Assembly (NCBI GenBank): GCA_016213435.1
Contig: JACRAL010000028.1
Location: 2,196 to 66,195, forward strand
DNA from: Bacteroidota bacterium
GTDB lineage: Bacteria; Bacteroidota; Bacteroidia; Palsa-948
Direction: 5' to 3'
Length of the DNA: 64,000 nt
Part shown: piece by piece, positions 21,146-30,177 of the stretch
How the letters are laid out: each line of letters starts with the position of its first letter
Numbering within the stretch: position 1 is the stretch's first letter
The notes under the pieces: model-generated
The model's input: only the letters and a program-made list of their open reading frames with translations
Told to the model about the DNA's origin: nothing
Database searches by the model: none
Position numbers and translations under genes: made by a program

Positions 21146-22042
21146 ATGGCAAAAGCAAAAAAGAAGGCAAAAGCCAAAGCAAAACCGGTTAAAAAGGTTA
21201 AGAAAGCTGCTTCAAAAAAGACAAAGAAAGTAACAGCAAAGAAGGCTGTTAAGAAAAAGGCTGTAAAAAAGAAACCCGTGGCGAAGAAAGCGGCTGCAAA
21301 GAAAAAAAACCTTGCGAAGAAAAAAACTGCAAAAGCGATAAAGAAGAAAGCTGTTAAGAAAGTTGTTGTGAAAAAAGCAACGAAGAAGGCCACTATAAAA
21401 GCAAAGCCTATTTCCAAGAAGGAAGAGAAAAGATTAAAAGCCATTCAGCATGCAATTCCTGTTCTTCCTTTAAAACCAATCCTTGAGGAGAAGCCGGAGA
21501 AAGAAAAAAAGAAAACCAAAGAAGAATTAGCCGAAGAGCGCGAACTGTTGGGAGAAGAAACTTATTCATGGGACAGCGGTACTTTTTCTGACATGAAAAA
21601 TTATGAACCACTTCCTGTATTCAGAAAGCCGGATCCTCCGCAACCAAAATTTAAAGGCAAGCCGGATAAGCGTACTCGTTATTCTGATAAAGAACTGAGT
21701 GAATTCAGAGGGATTATAAATGAGAAAATTGCCGAAGCAGAACGCGATTATGAACTTTTGAAGAACACGCTTGCTCATCGTGGTGAGCATGGCACGGATG
21801 ATACATCCCCCACTTTCAAAGTCTTGGAAGATGGATCGGACGCAATGTCGCGTGAAGAGATTGCTCAGCTTGCATCCCGTCAGGAACGTCATATTCAAAA
21901 TCTTAAGAATGCCCTTATCCGTATTGCAAATAAGACCTATGGAATTTGCCGTGTAACCGGAAAACTCATTCCGAAAGAAAGATTGCGCAGCGTTCCTCAT
22001 GCCACGCTCAGCATAGAAGCTAAACTGACGCAGAACTCTTAA
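21146..22042 (+). CDS. TraR/DksA family regulator with a histone-H1-like Lys/Ala-rich N-terminus
   Basis: C-terminal RYSDKEL.EF...I, ALIRI.NKTYGICRVTGKLIPKERL..VPHATLSIEAK; about 90 aa of K/A/V repeats at the N-terminus. Confidence 0.88.
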   Translation: MAKAKKKAKAKAKPVKKVKKAASKKTKKVTAKKAVKKKAVKKKPVAKKAAAKKKNLAKKKTAKAIKKKAVKKVVVKKATKKATIKAKPISKKEEKRLKAIQHAIPVLPLKPILEEKPEKEKKKTKEELAEERELLGEETYSWDSGTFSDMKNYEPLPVFRKPDPPQPKFKGKPDKRTRYSDKELSEFRGIINEKIAEAERDYELLKNTLAHRGEHGTDDTSPTFKVLEDGSDAMSREEIAQLASRQERHIQNLKNALIRIANKTYGICRVTGKLIPKERLRSVPHATLSIEAKLTQNS

Positions 22043-22116
22043 AAAGTTTACAGTCTATGGTTTACAGTTTACGGTTTAAAACCAACTGTAAACCGTAGAC
22101 AGCAGACAGTAAACCG
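22025..22116. repeat. Inverted arrays of degenerate heptamers (GTTTACA-like / TAAACCG-like)
   Basis: GTTTACA GTCTATG GTTTACA GTTTACG GTTTAAA ... CTGTAAA CCGTAGA CAGCAGA CAGTAAA CCG. Confidence 0.7.
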
Positions 22117-22122
22117 AATTTT

Positions 22123-22764
22123 GTGAAAAAAGCCGCACTCATCGTTTTTCTCGTTCTTCTGATTGATCAGGTTGTTAAGATATGGATCAAGACGCACATG
22201 ACTTTGGGCGATCAGATACCTGTTATTCAGAACTTATTTTACATACACTTTACTGAAAATTACGGAATGGCTTTCGGGCTGGAACTGGAGGGCAGTTACG
22301 GAAAATTGCTTTTGAGTTTGTTCCGCATCCTTGCGGTGGGCGGAATAGGCTGGTATCTCTACACGCTCGTGAAACAAAAAGCGCACAGCGGTCTCATCTT
22401 CAGCATTTCACTTATTATGGCAGGTGCTATAGGCAATATTCTTGACAGCGCATTTTACGGATTGGTGTTTTCAGAAAGCACCCCGATGGATGTCGCCATG
22501 TTCTTGCCGGCAGAAGGCGGCTATGCGGGTTTCCTGCATGGCGCTGTGGTGGATATGTTTTACTTCAATGTGTATTTTGAACATGTGTTCTGGAGCACAA
22601 CATCATTTCATTTCTCTTTTCCGATCTTTAATATTTCTGATTCTGCAATTACCATTGGGGTAGTTATCATCCTGCTTTTTCAGAAACTATTTTTTAAGAA
22701 GGAGGAACTGGATACCAATAACGGATCAGTTGCGAATGTTACAAATGAAAACGTTGCACCTTAA
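22123..22764 (+). CDS. lspA: Lipoprotein signal peptidase II
   Basis: DQVVK, ENYGMAFG, GAIGNILD, VVDM, FNISD. Confidence 0.95.
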   Translation: MKKAALIVFLVLLIDQVVKIWIKTHMTLGDQIPVIQNLFYIHFTENYGMAFGLELEGSYGKLLLSLFRILAVGGIGWYLYTLVKQKAHSGLIFSISLIMAGAIGNILDSAFYGLVFSESTPMDVAMFLPAEGGYAGFLHGAVVDMFYFNVYFEHVFWSTTSFHFSFPIFNISDSAITIGVVIILLFQKLFFKKEELDTNNGSVANVTNENVAP

Positions 22765-22816
22765 CATCCCCTTTTTCTGATTCGTTATATTCGTAAACAT
22801 TAGTTATTAGTAACCA

Positions 22817-23452
22817 ATGGCGAAGCCAAAGCCAAAATACTACGTAGTCTGGAAAGGAAAAGAGCCGGGTATTTTTGATTCCTGGGATACGTGCAAGAAG
22901 CAAATCCAAAATTTTACAGGGGCACAATACAAATCCTTTAAAACAAAGGAAGCAGCAGAAAGCGCATTTAAATTATCATACAAAGATGCTATCATCTCAC
23001 CCCTCACTCCCCTCTCCACGAGGAGAGGGGAAGAGGGAGAGGTGGTTGGTTATCCCATGCTCGAAAGCATCTCTGTAGATGCCGCTTTTAACGGAAAGGT
23101 AATGGAGTACAAAGGCGTTTACACCAAAACAAAACAAGAACTATTCAAGCTGGGTCCTTTTGAAGATGCAACAAATAATATCGGGGAATTCCTCGCTATC
23201 GTGCATGCCTTGGGTTATCTGAAAAAACAGCACAGCACGGTTCCCGTTTATTCCGACAGTGTTACAGCCATCCACTGGGTGAAAACGCATAAGGCAAACA
23301 CCAAACTAAAAGAAACCCCTGCAAACAAATCTCTTTTCTTTCTTATTGAAAGAGCGGAAAAGTGGTTAAGCCAGAATAAATACCCTAATAAACTCCTCAA
23401 GTGGGAGACAAAAGCATGGGGAGAGAACCCTGCTGACTTTGGCAGGAAGTAA
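22817..23452 (+). CDS. rnhA: Ribonuclease HI with N-terminal viroplasmin (hybrid-binding) domain
   Basis: YYVVWKG..PGIF..W..C, SVDAA, TNNIGEFLAIVHAL, YSDS, WGENPADFGRK. Confidence 0.92.
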   Translation: MAKPKPKYYVVWKGKEPGIFDSWDTCKKQIQNFTGAQYKSFKTKEAAESAFKLSYKDAIISPLTPLSTRRGEEGEVVGYPMLESISVDAAFNGKVMEYKGVYTKTKQELFKLGPFEDATNNIGEFLAIVHALGYLKKQHSTVPVYSDSVTAIHWVKTHKANTKLKETPANKSLFFLIERAEKWLSQNKYPNKLLKWETKAWGENPADFGRK

Positions 23453-23746
23453 TGGAGAATCCTCCAAATTTTAAAGATGAAACACCCGCAGGAGAATGAG
23501 CTGTTAGACCTCTCTCGTTTAGAAAACAACCTCATCATTTTTCTTGTACAAGTAAAATGATTTGCTTTCCTTTTTAAAATATCTCGTTGCCTGCCTGATT
23601 CTTGGCAAGGCTATGTTTCCAAATAGGAGTGAGTTCTCTGACATTTGGCAAGGTATTTTTTTTCTCAGCATGGGCTATTCCTAATAGTGTGTATGGTGAA
23701 ATGAAGAAAAAATAATCCCGAAATAGAATCTTATAATTTTCTGATC

Positions 23747-23777
23747 AAGCCCCGCAATCCTGCGGGGCTTTTCCTTT
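23747..23777. terminator. GC-rich hairpin, probable terminator
   Basis: AAGCCCCGCA-ATCC-TGCGGGGCTT-TTCCTTT. Confidence 0.6.
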
Positions 23778-24005
23778 CCCAAAAGTAATTAGCACAAGTA
23801 CGCACCGTTGCCCATATTACCCCGATATGTTGCCCCACTATGCGAACATCTACGCGCTCATGGGAAATACCTCATAGTGCACCCCGATCCCCTATATGGG
23901 GCTTGTTTCTAAAACTTATTAACAAGTGGGCTAATAGTGGACTAATTTACAAATAAAAAAGCCGTGAAACGTAGATTTTACCTATGAAACACGACTTTAT
24001 AGTTA

Positions 24006-24010
24006 GCGGA
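24006..24010. other. Left attachment core (GCGGA)
   Basis: Matches 56352-56356. Followed by the displaced integrase tail and preceded (on the minus strand, followed) by a hairpin plus T-run suited to the original tRNA terminator. Confidence 0.65.
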
Positions 24011-24088
24011 CTTGATGTTTCCTATATCGAACGGTTTATGTCTGATTTACAGAAGGTCATAGAATACCGTAATACGATAGGCGGATAA
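24011..24088 (+). other. Displaced 3' end of the serine recombinase gene (LDVSYIERFMSDLQKVIEYRNTIGG*)
   Basis: In frame with integrase codon 523 when the GCGGA cores are joined; ends in TAA at 24086-24088. Confidence 0.65.
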
Positions 24089-24218
24089 TGCTGTGTGCGC
24101 CTTTTAATGGTTGATATATCATTTTTACAAAGGTATAAAGTTCCTTTTTCTTTCGGTCAATGTTGCACATGGGGGCTATAGATAGGACAAAGGTAGGATT
24201 TCATAGGCAATTCGCCAT

Positions 24219-24590
24219 TTAATTCGTATTTACAGTCACATCATATTCATTCTGCCTGAAACGCTCTTTCACTATTACTGTTATTTTCCCTTTTACCTGT
24301 CCACCTTTCTGTTGGCTGTAACCTTTTGCAAAAATAGTATAAGTGTCCGGATGCAGGTTGTCAAAATATGCTTGCCCGATTGCGTCTGACCCCTGCTGTT
24401 TATCAAATCGAGTTGGTGGAACGGCAGAAGTTGTGTCATTTCCGCGCTCAAGATAGACAGAGGCTTGCTCCACAGAGTACCCATTATATTTTACAGTAAC
24501 TAAAATGCTACCATTGCCTTCTTCTTTTTTACAAGATGCAATAAAAATAATTGATAATAATAAAATCAAAATATGCCTTAGTAGTTTCAT
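24219..24590 (-). CDS. Lipoprotein with carboxypeptidase-regulatory/Ig-like beta domain
   Basis: Lipobox IASCKK; G.A.F.NL.PDTYTIFAKG. Confidence 0.65.
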   Translation of the reverse strand: MKLLRHILILLLSIIFIASCKKEEGNGSILVTVKYNGYSVEQASVYLERGNDTTSAVPPTRFDKQQGSDAIGQAYFDNLHPDTYTIFAKGYSQQKGGQVKGKITVIVKERFRQNEYDVTVNTN

Positions 24591-24601
24591 TGTGACTGTT
24601 T

Positions 24602-25390
24602 TTAAATTCTAATAGTCCCGCCAATAAAGATAAAAGGTTTTCTTTCAGGAATAAAATAATAAATACCGCAGTCTATTTGCCAATTTTGCTTTGGCGTAAA
24701 AGTTATACCGGAATCAACAGAATAGTTATGGGTTAGACTGCCTGAGTTATTATACCTGTAAGACACTTCAGCGAATTGTCTTAAATCACCAACTAACTTG
24801 TAGTCAAAACTGACGGTGGAAAATAACTCTGTCTGCTTTAACATCGGATTGACTGAAAAGGAACTTATACCTCCAGTATATCCCACTCCAAATTTTTTCA
24901 TTACCTCCCATTCGGCATTGAGAAGAAGTCCGCCATTTAAAACCCGAAAGGTATCTTGGAAAAAATTTGTGGTTCTAATCAATGGCATAATTGCTAAAGC
25001 AAAATTGCCCGAATCATTTCCTGTAATGTTGTACTTATAACGTAAAGTAAAATCTTCAAAATAACTATGCTTGGGAACAGAACTCATTTCCGAAAATCTG
25101 TTTTTGTAACAGCCTGAAATTAATTCAATATCCATTTTTTTAGTAATTCCAACTTTAACATTAAGAAATCCGATACCAAAAGTAGAAAAGGTTTCTTTTA
25201 ATTGTGTCTCCTTCGTATAATTGATTAAATCAAGTTCAAACATTATATGCTTTTTGTCTACCGTAATGGGCGATTCTGTCTGATGCGGGCGATCAGGACT
25301 TAATTCCCTAAGTTTTTTATTATTTATAGATTGGGCAAACAAAAAAAAAGAATTTGACAATATGAAAACCGAAATAATTATTTTTTGCAT
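24602..25390 (-). CDS. Putative outer-membrane beta-barrel (transporter / MetA-pathway-like)
   Basis: Signal peptide, PDRPHQTESP.TV motif, alternating beta strands; start taken at MQKII. Confidence 0.65.
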   Translation of the reverse strand: MQKIIISVFILSNSFFLFAQSINNKKLRELSPDRPHQTESPITVDKKHIMFELDLINYTKETQLKETFSTFGIGFLNVKVGITKKMDIELISGCYKNRFSEMSSVPKHSYFEDFTLRYKYNITGNDSGNFALAIMPLIRTTNFFQDTFRVLNGGLLLNAEWEVMKKFGVGYTGGISSFSVNPMLKQTELFSTVSFDYKLVGDLRQFAEVSYRYNNSGSLTHNYSVDSGITFTPKQNWQIDCGIYYFIPERKPFIFIGGTIRI

Positions 25391-25434
25391 GACATATTTT
25401 AGATAATCTGAAGTCCGTTTTTTTGTATGGCAAT

Positions 25435-25539
25435 TCATAAAATATAAGTAACGACTATAAAGATAATCAGTGCATAGATTGCTATTACACCAATTAAAAG
25501 TAAAATAGCGTACTTCTTTATATCATTGTCTCCACGCAT
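25435..25539 (-). CDS. Small single-pass membrane protein (34 aa), not in the ORF track
   Basis: MRGDNDIKKYAILLLIGVIAIYALIIFIVVTYIL*; co-oriented between the OMF and beta-barrel genes. Confidence 0.45.
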   Translation of the reverse strand: MRGDNDIKKYAILLLIGVIAIYALIIFIVVTYIL

Positions 25540-25570
25540 TATAAATGCCATTCAAAATTAACTATATTTT

Positions 25571-26995
25571 TTATCTCCATCCGCCTCCCAATGCTTTGTA
25601 TAGGTTTACAGTCGCTATGAGTTTATTTTTACTTGCGTCTATGAGTTCAAGTTGCGTTTCCAATGAATTTTGCTGTGCCAATAAAACTTCCAAATAAGTT
25701 GCCCTTCCTGTTTTATATAATTCCTTAGAACTTTCAACTGAGAGCATCAATACACTACTTTGTTCTTTTTTCAGAGCATTTATTTCCTGAAAATATTTAA
25801 TGTTTGAAAGTCCATTTACTACTTCTGCATATCCATTCAAAATAGTTTCCTGATAATAATACATTGCAGTTAACTGATTTGCTTTTGCAGTATTGAATTG
25901 TGCTTTCAAAGCATTTCTGTTAATCAGTGGTGCAACCAAATTACCTAAAGCTGAATACGCTAATGATGTTGGAGTCATAAACAAAAACTGTGGATTGAAT
26001 GCTTGAAAACCATACCCTGCTGTGATATTCAGATTAGGAAAAAATGCTGCTTTTGCAGATTTTAAATCGAATTTACTTGCTTGAACTTGAAACTCTGCCT
26101 CGCGAATATCAGGTCGGTTTCTTAATAATTGAGAAGGAATGCCCGCAGTAAACTGTTGGGTAATCTCATTAAACAGAACTTCTTTAGTTCGTTGTATTGG
26201 TTGCGGAAACCGACCTAACAGAAAATTAATTCTATTTTCTAACTCTATTATTTGTCTTAATGTTTCCTTCTCTAATGCTTGTGAATTTATCAGCGCTGCC
26301 TTAAACTGTTGAACTGCTATTTCAGTTGTTTTTCCTGTTTCCATTTGAAGTTTTACAACATCCAAAGCATCTTCTTGACCTTGTATCGTTTGCCGAACAA
26401 TTTCTAATTCATTATCCAACCCCAATAACTCATAATAGGAAATAGCCACATCAGCCACCAAATTTGAAATGACAAAATTTCTTCCTTCTATACTTGATAG
26501 GTATTGTGCAATAGCAGATTTACGTTGGTTCCTCAACTTTCCCCAAATGTCAATTTCCCAACTGGCTTGTAAGCCCAAATAATAATCTTGCAGAGGATTG
26601 GGAACAATTTTACCGGGTTCATATTCAGTTGTTGTGTTGCCTGCATAGTCGGGAGTATATTTTGCATATTTATCAACTCCAACGGAACCGTTAATGCCAA
26701 CCATAGGTAGTAGTTGCCCATTAGCGAATTTTATTCCTGAACGGGCAATTTCAATTCGCTGTAAAGCTATTTGTAAATCAATATTGTTTACAAGAGCTGT
26801 GTCTATCAGTTTCACCAAAATCGTATCAGCAAAATATTTTCGCCAATTGATATTCGCTATATTGTTAGAATCATTTTGATTTTGGAAACTTGTCGGGACA
26901 TCTTTTTTTGAAATTGACAAGTTTGTATCAAGTGTTTTGCAACCGCTTACGATTAGCAACAAAAACGCGATGTATATGATATTTCTTTTCCTCAT
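25571..26995 (-). CDS. RND outer membrane factor lipoprotein (TolC/OprM/NodT)
   Basis: Lipobox VSGC, WEIDIWGKLR, LLRNRPDIREAE, LYKALGGGW. Confidence 0.95.
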   Translation of the reverse strand: MRKRNIIYIAFLLLIVSGCKTLDTNLSISKKDVPTSFQNQNDSNNIANINWRKYFADTILVKLIDTALVNNIDLQIALQRIEIARSGIKFANGQLLPMVGINGSVGVDKYAKYTPDYAGNTTTEYEPGKIVPNPLQDYYLGLQASWEIDIWGKLRNQRKSAIAQYLSSIEGRNFVISNLVADVAISYYELLGLDNELEIVRQTIQGQEDALDVVKLQMETGKTTEIAVQQFKAALINSQALEKETLRQIIELENRINFLLGRFPQPIQRTKEVLFNEITQQFTAGIPSQLLRNRPDIREAEFQVQASKFDLKSAKAAFFPNLNITAGYGFQAFNPQFLFMTPTSLAYSALGNLVAPLINRNALKAQFNTAKANQLTAMYYYQETILNGYAEVVNGLSNIKYFQEINALKKEQSSVLMLSVESSKELYKTGRATYLEVLLAQQNSLETQLELIDASKNKLIATVNLYKALGGGWR

Positions 26996-27007
26996 TGTAA
27001 TTTGTTC

Positions 27008-30000
27008 CTAAATGATTTCTGAAAATGGTTTTTCTTCTTTTCTGTTTCTGCTGAATTTTTCTGCAAGTGTGGCGAACACTACATACAAGCCCGGAATAAT
27101 AATTACTCCAAACACGGTTCCAAATAACATACCGCCTGCTGCTGCTGTTCCGATGGTGCTATTGCCAACTGCACCCGCACCGCTTGCAAACATTAGCGGA
27201 AGTAATCCCGCAATGAAAGCAAATGATGTCATTAAGATTGGGCGCAAACGGACTTTTGCTCCTTCAATGGCGGCTTGTAATGGTGTTTTCCCTTGACTGT
27301 GTCGTTGTGCCGCAAACTCCACGATAAGAATTGCATTTTTACCTAACAATCCAATAAGCATAATCATCGCTATTTGTGCGTAAATATTATTTTCTAAACC
27401 AAATGCACTCAACAATAAAAACGCTCCAAAAATTCCTGTTGGTAATGAAAGTATAACTGGCATTGGCAATAAAAAACTTTCGTATTGTGCCGCTAAAAGT
27501 AAATACACAAACAGCAAACAAATTATGAAAATGATAATTGCTTCGTTGCCACTGTTTGCTTCATCTAATGAAATTCCCAACCAGTCCACATCATAACCTC
27601 TCGGCAATTTTTCTTTTGCTGTTTGCTTAATGATTTTTAAAACTTCTCCACTGCTTACACCTTGTTTTCCTTCACCATTCATTTGAGCACAGAGGTATAA
27701 GTTGTAGCGGTCAATTTGGTCAACTCCATACGATTTTTCAACGGTCATAAAAGCCGACATAGGAACCATTTCGCCTTTGTCATTCTTTACATACAATTTC
27801 AATAAATCTTCGGGTAATGCCCTATATTGTGGCAATGCCTGAACCATTACTTTATACATTTGTCCGAAACGGATAAAATTAGTTGCATAATCGCTTCCTA
27901 AAAGTGTTTGCAAAGAACTCATTGCGTTGTTTACCGTTACACCTTTTTGAGCCGCCTTGTCCATATCAACTCGTAAAGTGTATTGCGGAAAACTTGCATT
28001 GAAAAAACTGTAAGCACTGGCAATTTTCGGGTTCGCTTTTAAGTCACTAATGAATTGTGTTACTACACTTTCCATTTTTTTTTGGTCGCCACTTCCCGTT
28101 TTATCTAATACAACCATTTCAAAACCACTTGCGTTTCCGTAACCGGGAACAGCAGGCGGTGGAAAAAATTCAATATCAGCGTCTTTGATGTATTTGGTTT
28201 TTTCTTCCAAAGTTTTAATCACATCGTCCACAGAAACCTTTCGTTCACTCCACGGTTTTAAATTAATCAGTGCCGTTCCGTAAATTGAACCTGTTCCATC
28301 AGAAAGAATATTTGTTCCTGCAAGTGTTGATACACTTTGTATTCCTTCTAAATTTTGTGCTTCTTTCTGAATAGCGTTTACTACTTCTTTTGTTCGTTCC
28401 AAAGTCGCACCTTGTGGAGTTATTACGCTTGCATAAAAAGTTCCCTGGTCTTCGTTTGGAATAAAACCTGAAGGCAGAATTCTTCCCAAAATCCCTGTGC
28501 CGATTAAGAATAAAAGCAATACACCAAAAGTGATAAATCTGCGATTAAGAATTTTTTCCAACAGCTTTTTATAGCGTTCTTCCAAGCCATTATACCAATT
28601 ATTAAAACCGTCAAGAAGTTTTGAAAACCAATTTTTCTTTTTCGTTACTCCATAATGATTTTTTAAAATAATCGCACACAAAGCAGGTGTTAAAGTGAGT
28701 GCCACAACACCTGACAGCACAATGGCAATAGCCATTGTCAAAGAAAATTGTCGGTAAAAAATGCCCGAAGGACCCGACATAAAAGCAACCGGAATAAATA
28801 CGGCAGACATTACCAAAGTAATAGCGATGATTGCACCGCTGATTTCTTTCATGGCTTGTTCGGTTGCTTTTTTCGCACCAATTTTTGAATGTTCCATTTT
28901 CGCATGAACCGCTTCAACAACCACAATGGCATTGTCCACCACAATTCCAATTGCCAGTACCAATGCAAAAAGTGTAATGAGGTTTAATGAAAATCCTAAA
29001 AACTGCATAAAGAAGAAAGTCCCAATGAGCGAAACAGGAACTGCTATTGCAGGAATTAAAGTGGAACGCCAATCCTGCAAAAAAATAAATACCACAAGCG
29101 CAACCAAAAGAAACGCTTCCAAAAATGTTTTGATTACTTCATGCACCGAAGCATCTAAAAACTGACTTACATCATAACTCAATTCGTAGTCCATTCCCTT
29201 TAGAAAACTTCTTTCTTTTAATTCTTCCATTTTCGCTTTAACGGCTGCAATTACTTCACTTGCATTACTGCCCGGTGATTGTTTGAGCATAATAGCAGCA
29301 CAGGTTTTACCATTGAATTTTGCTTCCACGTCAAAATAGGTTGTGCCAAATTCTACCTCTGCCACATCTTTAATTCGCAAAATTTTTCCTGTGGTTTCCG
29401 ATTTAAGCGGAATGTTTTCGTATTGCTCTTTGGTGTTGAATTTCCCCGTGTATTTTACTGTGTATTGTAATGGCTGTCCCTGACCTTTTCTTTCAGAACT
29501 CTCACCGATTTTTCCGGGTGCTGCTTCCACATTTTGTTCATCTAATGCAGTTAATACATCTTCGGTTGAAATGTTGTAAGTAAGCATCTTGTCGGGCTTC
29601 AACCAAATACGCATAGCGTATTCCTTCACTCCCATAATATCAATAAAACCAACTCCTTTAATTCTTTTCAGTTCTGCAAGAACATTCAGGTCAGTGAAAT
29701 TGTAAAGGAATTTTTCGTCAAGCGTTGTGTCTGAACTGTAAATATTCAGATAGGTGAGCATAGCGTTGTTTACTTTGGTTATTTTAATTCCACTCTTTAC
29801 CAAATCAGGGGGAAGCTGTGGAATTACTTCAGCAACACGATTCTGAACACTCATGGCAGCTACATCGGGATTTGTTCCAACCTCAAAAATTATTTTGATT
29901 AACCCTACACCGTCATTTCCTGCGTCACTAAAAATATATTTTGCACCTGCCACACCGTTGATTGCTTTTTCAAGAGGCACAATGGCTGTTTTCACAACTG

Positions 30001-30166
30001 TTTCGGCATTTCCACCGGGATATTCAACCGTTACATTTACTTCCGGTGGGGTTATACTTGGAAATTGTTCTACAGGCAAACGGAACAATGTTAATATTCC
30101 AAGTAAAAATATTATCAGCGATATTACTATCGCCATAATTGGGCGATGAATTATTTTTCCTGCCAT
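27008..30166 (-). CDS. RND efflux permease (HAE1/AcrB-like)
   Basis: LPVEQFPSI.PP, AIGIVVDNAIVVVE, GLLGKNAILIVEFA, RLRPILMTS. Confidence 0.96.
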   Translation of the reverse strand: MAGKIIHRPIMAIVISLIIFLLGILTLFRLPVEQFPSITPPEVNVTVEYPGGNAETVVKTAIVPLEKAINGVAGAKYIFSDAGNDGVGLIKIIFEVGTNPDVAAMSVQNRVAEVIPQLPPDLVKSGIKITKVNNAMLTYLNIYSSDTTLDEKFLYNFTDLNVLAELKRIKGVGFIDIMGVKEYAMRIWLKPDKMLTYNISTEDVLTALDEQNVEAAPGKIGESSERKGQGQPLQYTVKYTGKFNTKEQYENIPLKSETTGKILRIKDVAEVEFGTTYFDVEAKFNGKTCAAIMLKQSPGSNASEVIAAVKAKMEELKERSFLKGMDYELSYDVSQFLDASVHEVIKTFLEAFLLVALVVFIFLQDWRSTLIPAIAVPVSLIGTFFFMQFLGFSLNLITLFALVLAIGIVVDNAIVVVEAVHAKMEHSKIGAKKATEQAMKEISGAIIAITLVMSAVFIPVAFMSGPSGIFYRQFSLTMAIAIVLSGVVALTLTPALCAIILKNHYGVTKKKNWFSKLLDGFNNWYNGLEERYKKLLEKILNRRFITFGVLLLFLIGTGILGRILPSGFIPNEDQGTFYASVITPQGATLERTKEVVNAIQKEAQNLEGIQSVSTLAGTNILSDGTGSIYGTALINLKPWSERKVSVDDVIKTLEEKTKYIKDADIEFFPPPAVPGYGNASGFEMVVLDKTGSGDQKKMESVVTQFISDLKANPKIASAYSFFNASFPQYTLRVDMDKAAQKGVTVNNAMSSLQTLLGSDYATNFIRFGQMYKVMVQALPQYRALPEDLLKLYVKNDKGEMVPMSAFMTVEKSYGVDQIDRYNLYLCAQMNGEGKQGVSSGEVLKIIKQTAKEKLPRGYDVDWLGISLDEANSGNEAIIIFIICLLFVYLLLAAQYESFLLPMPVILSLPTGIFGAFLLLSAFGLENNIYAQIAMIMLIGLLGKNAILIVEFAAQRHSQGKTPLQAAIEGAKVRLRPILMTSFAFIAGLLPLMFASGAGAVGNSTIGTAAAGGMLFGTVFGVIIIPGLYVVFATLAEKFSRNRKEEKPFSEII

Positions 30167-30177
30167 GTTTTCAATGT

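Noticed and set aside
21118..21444. Phe/Ala-rich 108-aa minus-strand ORF as a membrane protein
   Set aside because: Antisense shadow of the Lys/Ala-rich dksA N-terminus.
24080..24085. Alternative left att core GGCGGA (6-bp match to 56351-56356)
   Set aside because: It would end the excised integrase at ...SGG* and leave about 80 bp between the tRNA and the hairpin. The 24006 core gives both a plausible protein tail and an adjacent terminator. Not fully excluded.
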